This document shows positions 11,700-23,827 of a stretch of 64,000 nt of DNA, piece after piece. The number at the start of each line of letters is the position of its first letter. Position 1 is the stretch's first letter. Under the pieces are notes generated by a model that ran no database searches, was not told the DNA's origin, and saw only the letters and a list, made by a program, of their open reading frames with translations. This DNA is from Mobula hypostoma (taxonomy: Eukaryota). The stretch covers positions 154,878,001 to 154,942,000 of the forward strand of contig NC_086097.1 of the NCBI RefSeq assembly GCF_963921235.1. The letters run 5' to 3'. The translations under genes were made by a program, and so were the position numbers.

Positions 11700-13330
11700 T
11701 ATACTTTCTACTTTATTGTCGCCAAACAATTGGTACTAGAACGTACAATCATCACAGCGATATTTGAATCTGGGCTTCACACTCCCTGGATTACAAATAT
11801 TAAAAATTAAAAATAGTTAAAATTAGTAAATATTAAAATTTAAATTATAAATCATAAATAGAAAATAGAAAAATGGGAAGTAAGGTAGTGCAAAAAAACC
11901 GAGAGGCAGGTCCCGATATTTGGAGGGTACGGCCCAGATCCGGGTCAGGATCCGTTCAGCAGTCTTATCACAGTTGGAAAGAAGCTGTTCCCAAATCTAG
12001 CCATACGAGTCTTCAAGCTCCTGAACCTTCTCCTGGAGGGAAGAGGGACAAAAAGTCTGTTGCCTGGGTGAGTTGTGTCCTTGATTATCCTGGCAGCACT
12101 TCTCCGACAGCGTGTGGTGTAAAGTGAGTCCACGGACGGAAGATTGTTTCTGTGATGTGCTGCGCCATGTTCATGATCTTCTGCGGCTTCTTCCGGTCTG
12201 GGACAGGACAACTTCCATACCAGGTTGTGATGCACCCTAGAAGAATGCTTTCTATGGTGCATCTATAAAAATTATTGAGGGTTTTAGGGGACAGGCCAAA
12301 TTTCTTTAGTTTTCTCAGGAAGTAAAGGCACTGGTGGGCCTTCTTGGCAGTGAACTCTGCTTGGTTGGACCAACTCAGGTCATTTGTGATATTGACCCCG
12401 AGGAACTTAAAGCTTTTGACCTGTTCCACTTGTGCACCACCGATGTAAGTTGGGTCATGCGGTCCACTACTCCTTCTTAAGTCAACAACCAATTCCTTCG
12501 TCTTGCTGATGTTGAGGGATAGGTTATTGTCTTCGCACCATGCCACCAGGTTCTTAATTTCCTCTCTGTACTCAAACTCATCATTGCCCGAGATATGGCC
12601 TACAATTGTTGTGTCATCAGCAAACTTATATATTGAGTTTGATGGAAACTTGGCTGCACAATCATGGGTGTACAGTGAGTACAGCAGGGGGCTGAGTACA
12701 CAGCCTAGTGGGGCACCGGTGCTCAGAGTGATCGTAGAGGAGAGCTTGTCCCCTATTTTTACAGCTTGGGCCCTGTCTGTGAGGAAGTTGAAGATCCAGC
12801 TGCAGATCTGAGTGCTAAGGCCCAGGATCCGGAGCTTAGGAATCAGTTTATTTGGAATGATGGTATTAAAGGCAGAGCTGTAGTCAATAAAAAGGAGCCT
12901 TACGTATGCGTCTTTATTCTCCAGGTGTTCTAAGGAGGAATGTAGGTCCAGAGAGATGGCATCTGCCATTGACCTGTTGCTCCGGTAGGCGAATTGCAAA
13001 GCGTCGAGGTTGACCGGTAGGCTGTGGTTGATGTGCGCCAAAACCAATCTCTCGAAGCACTTCATAGCAATTGATGTCAGAGCCACAGGTCAATAGTCAT
13101 TCAGGCATGCCACCTTGCTCTTCTTCGGTACTGGGATTATCGTTGCCTTCTTAAAACACGAGGGGATCTCAGACTGAAGCAAGGAGCAGTTGAAGATGTC
13201 AGAAAACACTCCAGCTAGCTCGCTTGCACAGGCTTGGAGAACCCGTCCCGGGACACCATCTGGACCCGTCGCCTTCTTTGGATTTATGTTCAGGAAGGCC
13301 CTTCTAACATCCTCCTCGGTGACGTTGAAT
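11700..13330 (-). mobile_element. Rex1/Babar LINE, 5'-truncated (RT, C-terminus, 3' UTR)
   Basis: ORFs 13090-13383 and 12085-13086: [47 protein letters not shown]; short-repeat tail near 11700. Confidence 0.92.
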
Positions 13331-14117
13331 CTAGATATTTGTAAAATATTTGTAAACGTGGTTGGAATTGTACTGGTCTGCAATCTTCATAGCTTTCATG
13401 ACAGTTTTTTTAAAATTATTTACTAAATATTTCTGATTTCTTTCAAGATTTTGAAGAATTCCACAGCTACCACGTTGTAGCTTCTGATACCACGTCCAAT
13501 CTCTTAACCCCATGTCATGATATAATGCTTGGGGGTGCAAGGGAAGGATTAAACCTAAAGGTATAGAAGGTTTTAATATTCGTCCCAATGATGATTAGAG
13601 TATGGAGATAAATTTTCCAATAAACTTTGAAGATGATCATGGAAATGATATGTACCTTTTATATCAGGGTACAATAGAGCTTTAGGATTAATTGAACTAC
13701 TCTAAGAGGTGGAATAGACTTGCTGGGCCAAATGGCTTCCTTCCATATAATAAGGAAGATTTTATGAATATGAATAAAATTAACATTCTCTTCATATTCT
13801 AATGAACAGAGAGCCATTAGAAATATTCTACTCAATTACCAAAGTTTAATATAGTATTTTCTTGCTAATACTAATCCAAAGTGAAATCTATGAATTTCAG
13901 CTCTAAGTAGGAAGCATAAAATCATAAAATCCTAAACCCTAAACAAAGTGTGTTTCATTCACAATACTTTGTGGTTCTAAAATTCTAAAGATCCTGATTG
14001 AACTATGACGGAGACAAAATTTGTGCAATTAAGATGCGATTGATTGTTCCTCAAAGAAAATTGTATTTATTCAATTATTCTTTAATTCACTAAACAAGAT
14101 TATCTTCAAATTTATAC

Positions 14118-14171
14118 CTTAGCTCCTTTGCTTCCTTCCTTTCGAGGTAAACCAGAGAAGCCTATTGTTCC
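14118..14171 (-). CDS. COL22A1: Collagen XXII alpha-1 exon, 54 nt, GTIGFSGLPRKEGSKGAK (Arg at a Gly position)
   Basis: ttttag acceptor, gtataa donor, phase 0-0, five of six triplets start with Gly. Confidence 0.88.
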
Positions 14172-16036
14172 CTAAAAATAAAAAAAAGCGAATAGAGTTT
14201 TTTTTTCCTGAAAGTATCCACATTTATTTCCTATCGTTGATCTTCCAATTATTTCCACGGTACCATCTTTAAAATGTCAACTCTTAGTTTCAAATTCCTC
14301 CTAATCCTCACTCTAATTTCGTCCAGTTCTGCAACCCTCCAAGCTCTGGTTTGTTTCTTGCTCAAACACCGAACACCAAAGAAAAAATGAATAGGTGAAC
14401 TTACTTGGGAGGGGCAGTACAAATTACAGATCACTGTCTACCCCAAAAGCAACAGAAAGCAAAGCACAGATATCAAAAAGAGAGTCAAAATGTGAGACAC
14501 CTTTTTCACTGTAGTTGAGAAATCACTGAGGAAGCAGAGAGATCAAGACAATAATGTTTTATACATTGATTTTACTATCTTTAGATTTATTGTACATATT
14601 CATTCAGGTACACACACTATCAACAACTCACTGATTGCTATTTGATCCTTGCCCACTGCATAAAGTAGTGCTGGTTCCCAATTCTTGTCTTTAATTGGAA
14701 TTTGGAGTTGGTCAGATAAGTACTAGATTGTAGAGATTGCACTTAACCAACATAGGACCTATCCACCCATATCATTCAACTTAATCCCCAGCTATGGATT
14801 CTCAGAAATAATTTTCTGTTTTTCCTGAAAAGCATGAGACCATCTTGACGATAAAATAAATTAACATGGATTGCCTGAACTCTCCAAACTGTGTCAATAG
14901 TTAATAACATGATTGATTTCTTTGCAGCTCTCAATGTATTGATAATATGAATTGCTTGAAATTGAACTGAATCTTTTGTAAGATAAAAGAAGATACCTGT
15001 CATCACATATGGAAAGAAGTGGGCAAAATTCCTGAAGTGTACTTCCTTCCTAGTGGGTAATCTCTCAATATAACCTGGCAGCTAGATTTACCAATTAATA
15101 AAATATCAAATTGGGCTACATTGACCAGAAAATTCCTTCCAGTTTATAGCCATTTCCAATTACCAAAGTCAATTTGTTTTCCCTGAATTAATCTGCAATT
15201 CCTTATTTTGAGCAATCTTAATGATTCTTTGGAAATCATAATGTCTGTCAGGAAATGAGAGATTCTACATGTGGTATGTTGACTTGTGTAGTTGGCCATT
15301 AATTATTTTATAATGAATTGCTTACAAGTTAATTGTTTCCCCTAATATAAGTATCATATTTTATTATTTACTGCTATTTTTGTTTATTGAAATAGTGCTT
15401 CGGAAGGAGGCTGGACATGCAGAAGTATATCACTGGCTTTCACACCATGAGCACATAACTCAAAATGAAGCCTGATTCCGAAAGTAAACATACATTAAAA
15501 TTATTGTGATAATGGACAATATCAAAAGGCTCTACAGTTAAGATGACTATCTGTCCTTTTGGGCTTGTTGATGTATCCATGGATAGCAACTGCATATTAT
15601 TCTGGCTTCCTCTGATTGAAATATATATTCTCATTTTAAAATAAAACATACAATGGAAACACTCCACACTGGTTGGGCAGCTGATTGTCAAAAAAAACCA
15701 AAATATTAAAATTCCCTGTTGCACCTGTAAAAATGTAATTTGGGCTGAATATTACAATGCGTTTGTTGTATATTAGATCAGGAAAATTCAGACTGCGACT
15801 TATTCCTGACACCACAGCTGTAATGTTCTATAACTAAAGCAGCATCTGTTTCATTTCTGTTTCATTTAGCTGTGGGTGTTTTAGCATTACATATTGTGTG
15901 GGAGACTTCCCTTCTGTCAGCCTGGAAACATATCATTGACATGTTGGGAAATTCATTAGTGGCCAAATGCCCTTATAGATCCTCTTATTCTTAGACTCTT
16001 TTGGAGCAACTTTAACTTTTAGTGAACCTCACAACG

Positions 16037-16973
16037 AACTGAGTATATAAGTTTGCTGATGACACCACAATTGTAGGCCGTATCTCGGGTAATGATGAGT
16101 TTGAGTACAGAAAGGAAAATAAGAACCTGGTGGCATGGTGTGAAGACAATAACCTATCCCTCAACGTCAGCAAGACGAAGGAATTGGTTGTCGATTTCAG
16201 AAGGAGTAGCGGACTGCACGACCCAATTTACATCAATGGTGCGCAAGTGGAACAGGTCAAAAGCTTTAAGTTCCTCGGGATCAATATCACAAATGACCTG
16301 AGTTGGTCCAACCAAGCAGAGTCCACTGCCAAGAAGGCCCAGTAGCGCCTTTACTTCCTGAGAAAGCTAAAGAAATTTGGCCTGTCCCCTAAAATCCTCA
16401 ATAATTTTTATAGATGCACCGTAGAAAGCATTCTTCTAGGGTGCATCACAATCTGGTATGGAAGTTGTCCTGTCCAAGACCGAAAGAAGCTGCAGAAGAT
16501 CGTGAACATGGCGCAGCACATCACACAAACCAATCTTCCGTCCATGGACTCACTTTACACCGCACGCTGTTGAAGCAGTGCTGCCAGGATAATCAAGGAC
16601 ACAACCCACCCAGTCAACACACTTTGCATCCCTCTTCCCTCTGGGAGAAGGCTCAGGAGCTTCAGGGGCTTGAGGACTCGTACGGCCAGATTTGGGAACA
16701 GCTTCTTTCCAACTGTGATAAGACTGCTGAACGGATCCTGACCCGGATCTGGGCCGTACCCTCCAAATATCCCGACCTGCCACTCAGTTTTTTTGCACTA
16801 CCTTATTTTCCATTTTCTATTTTCTATTTATGATTTATAATTTAAATTTTTAATATTTACTATCAATTTGTACTCCAGGGAACGCGAAGCGCAGAATCAA
16901 ATATTGCTGTGATGATTGTACGTTCTAGTATCAATTGTCTGGCGACAATAAAGTATGAAGTATAAAGTATAAA
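16037..16973 (+). mobile_element. Rex1/Babar LINE 3' fragment, same subfamily as 11700-13330 but opposite orientation
   Basis: [25 protein letters not shown] nearly identical to the minus copy; (TATAAAG)-type tail. Confidence 0.92.
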
Positions 16974-19159
16974 TCAAACAATATCCAACCAGCTACTTGT
17001 ACATGCTTGTTCAATCTGTTTTAAGTTGAAGTTAAAAATAGGTGAGCTTTTGTTGGCTGTAACATTAACCAATTAGTTTCTGTAAACAAACTGGTGCAGT
17101 ATAGATCAACGTATATAGAACATAAAATGTGTTGCAACAATTCTATGTCATTATGCCTAAATTTTAGTAGAATGCATTTAATACAAAAATAGACACGTAC
17201 TGCACAATTATTGGTTGCTTTTAAAATTATTATTTTCTATTTCAGCTCAGATTGGTTCAGAATAGCATCTCATTTCTCAAGATGTTTTTGTGAGAGCTGG
17301 AATGGGAAAGGAGGAGTACAGTTGTGCACTTGTGTGTGTACAGTATGTAAAATTTGCAGGTTAGAACCACATTTGAGCTATGGCTGTAGCACAGAGGGGG
17401 CCCAGTTGGTTCACCGTAGTTCCCAGCAGGGTAATCCATCTGTCCCATTCACCTTCCATCCACTCTAATACTGCAGCCTACCCTCTTTTACATGACATTA
17501 ACTTCATCTGATTCTTTTGCTACTTGCCTATACCATGGAGTAATTTACAGTAGCCAATTATTACTCATTTTTGGGATGCCAGAGGAAACCAGCACACCAG
17601 GCAGAAATTAAACCCCATTCCAACACCTCCAAAGTCAGGATCAAAGCCAGGTACCTCACAACTTCAGGATTCAATTAACCTGGAACGCTGGGTCACCAGC
17701 ACCAACCACTACACCTTTGTGTCACTCCTTATTCCAGAAAACATAAAAGCCAACTTGTATGTGAAAGAGTTCCACAAGCAGCATCTCAAATTATCAATTA
17801 ACTGGAGCAACAAATAATCTGCTGGAGGAATCAGTGGGTTGAGCAGCATTGGTGGGAGGAAAGGAATTGCCAACATTTCTGGTTGAAACCCTGCATCAGG
17901 ACTAATTAATCTAATTTGGTTAGAGGGCAAATATCAGTCAGATCATTGTCCTGTGATACATACATGAATAGATAATGAAGCAAAGATCTAACATCACTTG
18001 AACTTTAAATCCAAGTTAAGTCTCTGATAGTACGCCATTCTCTCCAAACAGCACTAGAGCATATGTTACGCTAAAGCCATAGAACAGTTGAAATCCAAAA
18101 TTCTTCTACTACCCAAGTCACCTAAGTCTAACAAACAGTTTGATCTTAGCCAGCCAAATCCTGCAGAGTAGGATTTTTGTGACTAAATTGAAAAAGCATT
18201 ATTTAAGATACATTTATACTTTTTAAGAAGCCAACATCACAGTGAATTGTAACTGGAATGAGCATCAGATATCAGTTCAGAATTATTCCAGTGTTAAAAA
18301 GAGACTGCAAGTGATGCCACCCACAGTAACCTAGTCAGCGTTGCTATAATAGATTCCAGTGTTGATTACTTTTAAATGGCTCTTTATGAAACTAGCTAAT
18401 TCCAAGGATCTGGAAATGGCTATACAAGTCTTCAAAAATGATCAGAGAATTATATGCAACAGCCTTCTGTGGTCTTTGACCACCATCCAACTTCTCCAGC
18501 TCCCCACTAGATTATTTCAAAAACTATTCCACCATCCACTTTTTATTAAATGGGATATTGCCAGTGCTATGTAACTGACTGAACATGTTACAAAATATTT
18601 ACACAAATGGCAGGATTAAGGAGTAATTTCTCCCCTTTTTAAAGTTACTGCAAGAAACAACTATTTCAAAGAGCAATAGAAAATCATGGTCCTAAGCATG
18701 ATTCTGATCCAAATCAGTAACGTCTGGAAAACAGGCCCAAGTGGACCAATACATCTTATTCCGGTTTTAAAGCACGCAACTCCAGAGCTCTGTATATATC
18801 GAAGCAAAATTAAACTTTATGGAAGTGTGTACACTTATAATATATTGGCAAGTTTCTAGCAATATGTCAAAGCTTCTTCCAGGCATCAACAGCCAGACCT
18901 GCTATCAGACTGCATATAAACCAGGTAATCATAGCTATGACATCAACTTAAGATCAGTACTTACGTTACAATAAAAGCTTCAAATTTTCTAATTGAACTT
19001 TTGGACAAGTTGACTGATTTAAAATCTGGAGCAGACTCGCTATAAAATTTGCAATGGAAGCTACTTCCTGACATGTGTCAAGGTATATTACTCTGCAACC
19101 ATTGCGACTGTCCACACCAAATTTTACCAGGATCAGAGGATGAGTGCAAAAGAAGCAGA

Positions 19160-20556
19160 TGCTCCCACTTCCAAATCTCTTACTAGCTCTTCTTTCAGTT
19201 AGTCCTGACAAAGGGTCTCGGCCCGAAACGTCGACTGTACCTCTTCCTAGAGATGCAAACTCGAGGACTTCTGCAGATGCTGGAAATTCAAGCAACACAC
19301 ATCAAAGTTGCTGGTGAACGCAGCAGGCCAGGCATCTCTAGGAAGAGGTACAGTTGACGTTTTAGGCCGAGACCCTTCATCAGGACTAACTGAAAGAAGA
19401 GCTAGTAAGAGATTTGAAAGTGGGAGGGGGAGGGGGAGATCCAAAATGATAGGAGAAGGAAAGCGGGGGGGAACCAGAGGATGGGCAAGGGGTATAGTCT
19501 GAGGGACAGAGGGAGAAAAAGGAGAGTGTGAGAAAGAATGTGTGTATACAAGTAATGGATGGGGTATGAGGGGGAGGTGGGGCATTAGCGGAAGTTAGAG
19601 AAGTCAATGTTCATGCCATCAGGTTGGAGGCTACCCAGAAGGAATATAAAGTGTTGGTGTTGTTCCTCCAACCTGAGTACCTGAGTGTGGCTTCATCTTT
19701 ACAGTAGAGGAGGCCATGGATAGACATGTCAGAATGGGAATGGGATGCGGAATTAAAATGTGTGGCCACTGGGAGATCCTGCTTTCTCTGGCGGACAGAG
19801 CATAGGTGTTCAGCAAAACGATCTCCCAGTCTGCGTCGGGTCTTGCCAATATATAGAAGGCCACATCGGGAGCACCGGACGCAGTATATCACCCCAGCCG
19901 ACTCACAGGTGAAGTGTCGCCTCACCTGGAAAGACTGTCTGCACATGCACTTACACTTCCTCCCTTACCACCATTCAGCACCCAGACAGTCCCATTCTGA
20001 CATGTCTATCCACGGCCTCCTCTACTGTAAAGATGAAGCCACACTCAGGTTGGAGGAACAACAACTTATATTCTGTCTGGGTAGCCTCCAACCTGATGGC
20101 ATGAACATTGACTTCTCTAACTTCCGCTAATGCCCCACCTCCCCCTTGTACCCCAACCATTATTTATATACACACATACTTTCTCTCACTCTCCTTTTCC
20201 TCCCTCTGTCTCTCTAACTATATCCCTTGCCCATCCTCTGGTTCCCCCCCACCCTTTCCTTCTCCCTGGGCCTCCTGTCCCATGATCCTCTCATATCCCT
20301 TTTGCCAATCACCTGTCCAGCTCTTGGCTCCATCCCTCCCCCTCCTGTCTTCTCCTTTCATTTTGGATCTCCCCCTCCCCCTCCCACTTTCAAATCTCTT
20401 ACTAGTTCTTCCTTCAGTTAGTCCTGACGAAGGGTCTCGGCCTGAAATGTCGACTGTACCTCTTCCTAGAGATGCTGCCTGGCCTGCTGCGTTCACCAGA
20501 AACTTTGATGTGTGTTGCTTGAAATTCCAGCATCTGCAGATTTCCTCGTGTTTGCA
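19160..20556. mobile_element. Penelope-like element (Neptune type): short + end fragment (about 19160-19255), - arm (about 19257-19940) and + arm (about 19941-20556)
   Basis: GIY-YIG endonuclease FTCESAGVIYCVRCSRCGLLYIG.TRRRLGDRFAEH; inverted arms; three hammerhead motifs (19201-19236, 19352-19387, 20420-20455). Confidence 0.9.
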
Positions 20557-21051
20557 AGATCACCAGTTAAATGGGGAAAATGAGAAGTTGTGATCATTGG
20601 TATGAGCCATGTCCAGAGTGTCTCTTCACTTTGACGATCTCAAATGACAATGGCATTTTGCCGGCCAAGGACTGATAGGATCCTTTCCAAAAAATGTTCT
20701 CTTCCAATAACTATTTTACCTCCATATATTCCATAGCCAAAATTCACACAACAATAAAATATAGGTCTACAAACTTAACTTGAGATCCAAAATGGGTTCC
20801 ACCCCAGAATAAAAAGGCTACCAGATCCTAAACACAAACCTTTTGGAAGTAGGAGACACGGAATAAAAGAAATGATATAAAGAATTACATTTTTTCATAA
20901 AAGAAAGGAAGCATATAACAGTTTTCTAAATCACTTGGAGCACTACTGAATTATTGTGTCAAATTCTAAACATCACTTCTTGAAGAAGACGCTGATGATA
21001 TTATCCGATGTGATATGAGAGTTGAGCTTTAAGGAGGAATTGTTGTCTTAC

Positions 21052-21090
21052 CTTTTCACCTTGCTCCACTGAAGTATAGCTTATTCTGCC
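21052..21090 (-). CDS. COL22A1: Collagen XXII alpha-1 exon, 39 nt, GRISYTSVEQGEK (helix interruption)
   Basis: ttacag acceptor, gtaaga donor, phase 0-0; 13 codons ending GEK, in the position of the imperfect GIGPFGQGEKGEK segment of human COL22A1 (recalled). Confidence 0.78.
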
Positions 21091-21956
21091 CTGTAATATA
21101 AAGAATATTTTGCATTTAGCATTATTAGCAATCATTAGGATAAAGATAAATATTCCATATAAAACAATCCAAAACTCTTCCATAATTCTCAGACATATAA
21201 TTTCACATAGTTTCACCCTTGTCTGTTTGTTAAGGTTATTTCAATCTCTACAAGTCTCCTTGGAAAATAAGACATGTCAAAAGAATGCTTTTTGGATCTC
21301 TGCAGGTTTTTCCCCCACTGTAACTTAGCAAACCACCAGACGGACCCTAAGAGATAAAGTTATAATCATACAAATTGGAAACAAGTTGTCAGTCCACCTA
21401 ATAAACGTCAACCATCAACCTCTCCCTCACACTAATTCTACACTGATCCTATTTTAATCTCCCCATAAATTCCTCCAAATTTCTATCATTTGCTGCCTAT
21501 TAGTGGCCACAAACCTAACAAAATGCATATCTTTGGAACGTAGGAGAAAACCTGAGCATATAGAGAGGCCACATGGTCACCAGGAGATGTGCAAACTCCA
21601 CAGAAGCAGCACCAGAGATGAGGATTGAACTCAGCAGAAGGGTCAATGGGATTAGTGTAAGTGTGAGCTTATTGGTAAATATGTCACTGGGTCTGTTTCA
21701 CTTCTATATGAGTCTACGAAAAGATCATCTGGTTGTCCAGTAAGTTACAGTGAAGAATTATGAGAAGATGCATATATCATTTCTTCAGATGCGATAAACC
21801 CTGTGGAAATTCTCTTCCACGCTAAGTTTGTTGCAGTGAGCATTTCAGGAAGCATCTTTGATAAACTTGGAAAAATATAGAAATAAGCTGCAAAGAATTA
21901 AAGGAGGAAGATGTCTGAGCATTAAGGTGTCGCTGTGATGGAAGATGCTGTGATAC

Positions 21957-22320
21957 ATAAAACATAGAAAACCTACAGCACAATACAGGCCCTTCGGCCC
22001 ACAATGCTGTGCTGAATATGTACTTACCTTAGAAATTACCTAGGGTTACCCATAGCCCTCTATTTTTCTAAGCTCCATGTACCTATCCAAGAGTCTCTTA
22101 AAAGACCCTGTTGTATCTGCCTTCACAATTGTCACCGGCAGCCCATTCCACACACTCACCATTCTCGCATAAAAAAGTTACCGCAGGCATCTCCTCTGTA
22201 CCTACTTCCAAGCATCCTAAAACTATGCTCTCTTGTGTTAACCATTTCAGCCCTGGGAAAAAGCCTCTAACTATCAATGCCTCTCATCATCTTATACACC
22301 TCTATCAGGTCACCTCTCGT
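21957..22320 (-). mobile_element. CR1 LINE 3' fragment
   Basis: CR1 3' UTR (ACAGGCCCTTCGGCCCAC) and tail, followed by the reverse complement of the ORF2 C-terminus (RGDLIEVYK region). Confidence 0.85.
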
Positions 22321-22404
22321 AAGTCTCGCAGAAATCCAAAAAGCATTTTTTTGACATGTCTTATTTTCAAAAGAGACTTCTAGATGCTTTAGAAGTGCTA
22401 GGTA

Positions 22405-22650
22405 TTGGGGCAGCATGAGAGCATAATAGCTGGTGTAATGGGATCACAGCACCAGTGACCCAGGTTCAGTTCCACTGCTGTCTGTACTTCCCGTGACCAC
22501 ATGGGTTTCCTCTAGGTGTTCCGTTTTCCTCCAACATTACAAGACTCTACAGGTTAGAAGGTTAATTAGTCACATGGGTGTGGTTGGGTGAAATGGGCTC
22601 ATTGGGCTAGAAGGTCCTGTTACTGTGCTGTATCTCTAAATAAACATCTA
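22405..22650 (+). mobile_element. tRNA-derived V-SINE-like element with CR1-type 3' tail
   Basis: B-box-like GGTTCAGTTCC, central TGGGTTTCCTC..TTTCCTCC motif, tail GGGCTAGAAGG..CTGTGCTGTATCTCTAAATAAA. Confidence 0.65.
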
Positions 22651-23565
22651 AAATAAATATATCAAACATTTTCCCGAGCTCTTTTCACCACATGGTGCCT
22701 TTTTGATAAATTTTGTGGATTAATAACTAAGGTTCTCTCATGAAGAGAACATCATTTTAATGTAGTTGAAGAGTTCAATTTATCTAATATATTAAGTAAC
22801 TAGCAGCTAAAATTAACTATGTTTTTATCATTTTTATTTCATTAGTAATTTGAGTAAAAAATAAGTTCAATGACAGCCAAGAATCAGGCCAACATAGGTA
22901 ACTGGGAATGATACTATATCTAGCATGACCAAGGGATATGCAAAATATTATCAGTTAACACTCAGCAGTTGACCTAAACTTGTAAATGACTCTGTTGCAA
23001 GATATGTCACTGATTCACTTAGTAATAGCAGATGAAGGGGGAAGCTAAGGTGGTTGATTTATGATGCAGTGAGTTGCGATAGGGAAGAATGCTCAACAGA
23101 GAGACTGACATCAGTGCAATGTTTAATGGAAAATTATCTTTTAAGCCAAGGACTGTGGTATCTGATTGTATGGCAAGATCAACTTTTGGATTTTCTAATA
23201 AGTCATGATATGCCAGATGCCTTCTGTTTGCATAGTTCTATTAATCTGCATTTCTTAACCTTAAAGGCAAAGAACCTTGAAATATTTCAACAGATTGCCA
23301 ATTAGTATAGCAAGTTATTATGTCGAAAAAAAACATTAGAGCTCATATGTGTTAGAAGCATCCTACAAAGCTGCAATTAGACAAATATATTTGGTGCTTT
23401 TTGTTGAATAAGAAATGCTGTCTTCTCTAAAGGGCAATGGGATCATGCACATATGTCTGACATTTAAATCAGCAATTAAGCATAAATGCTAACTTAGAGA
23501 CAGAAGTCCAAGTCAAAGTGATACTCTACCAACTTACAAACCACGTTCTATAATCAAATACTTAC

Positions 23566-23619
23566 CGGTTCTCCTTTCTGTCCTTTAGGACCATATGTTC
23601 CCATTTTGCCAGGTTCTCC
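23566..23619 (-). CDS. COL22A1: Collagen XXII alpha-1 exon, 54 nt, GEPGKMGTYGPKGQKGEP
   Basis: tggcag acceptor, gtaagt donor, six Gly-X-Y triplets, phase 0-0. Confidence 0.92.
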
Positions 23620-23827
23620 CTGCCAAGAAGAAATGAAAGCTATAGTTGTGTGATCAGCTTATGTATAAACTTAACATGAACAATTTCTTAGTGAAGCCAA
23701 AAGAGTGCAAAGGGAATGGGAAAATGGTTTTACCAAATAGAGTAGAGTTGAACTACAATTGTAATGAGGTTTGTAACCAAGCAATGAAACCGAAAGTGAG
23801 CACCAGTAAGGTCATTACTGAGATGTC

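Noticed and set aside
15895..15960. NF-kB-like motifs (GGGAGACTTCCC, GGGAAATTCA) as an intronic enhancer
   Set aside because: Short imperfect motifs are expected by chance; conservation or chromatin data would be needed.
17670..17745. Possible extra collagen exon (CCAG/ACC-rich, ending ..CCAGAAAA)
   Set aside because: The minus-strand reading GIRSDTKV hits a stop and lacks Gly-X-Y periodicity; the region looks like a decayed SINE head.
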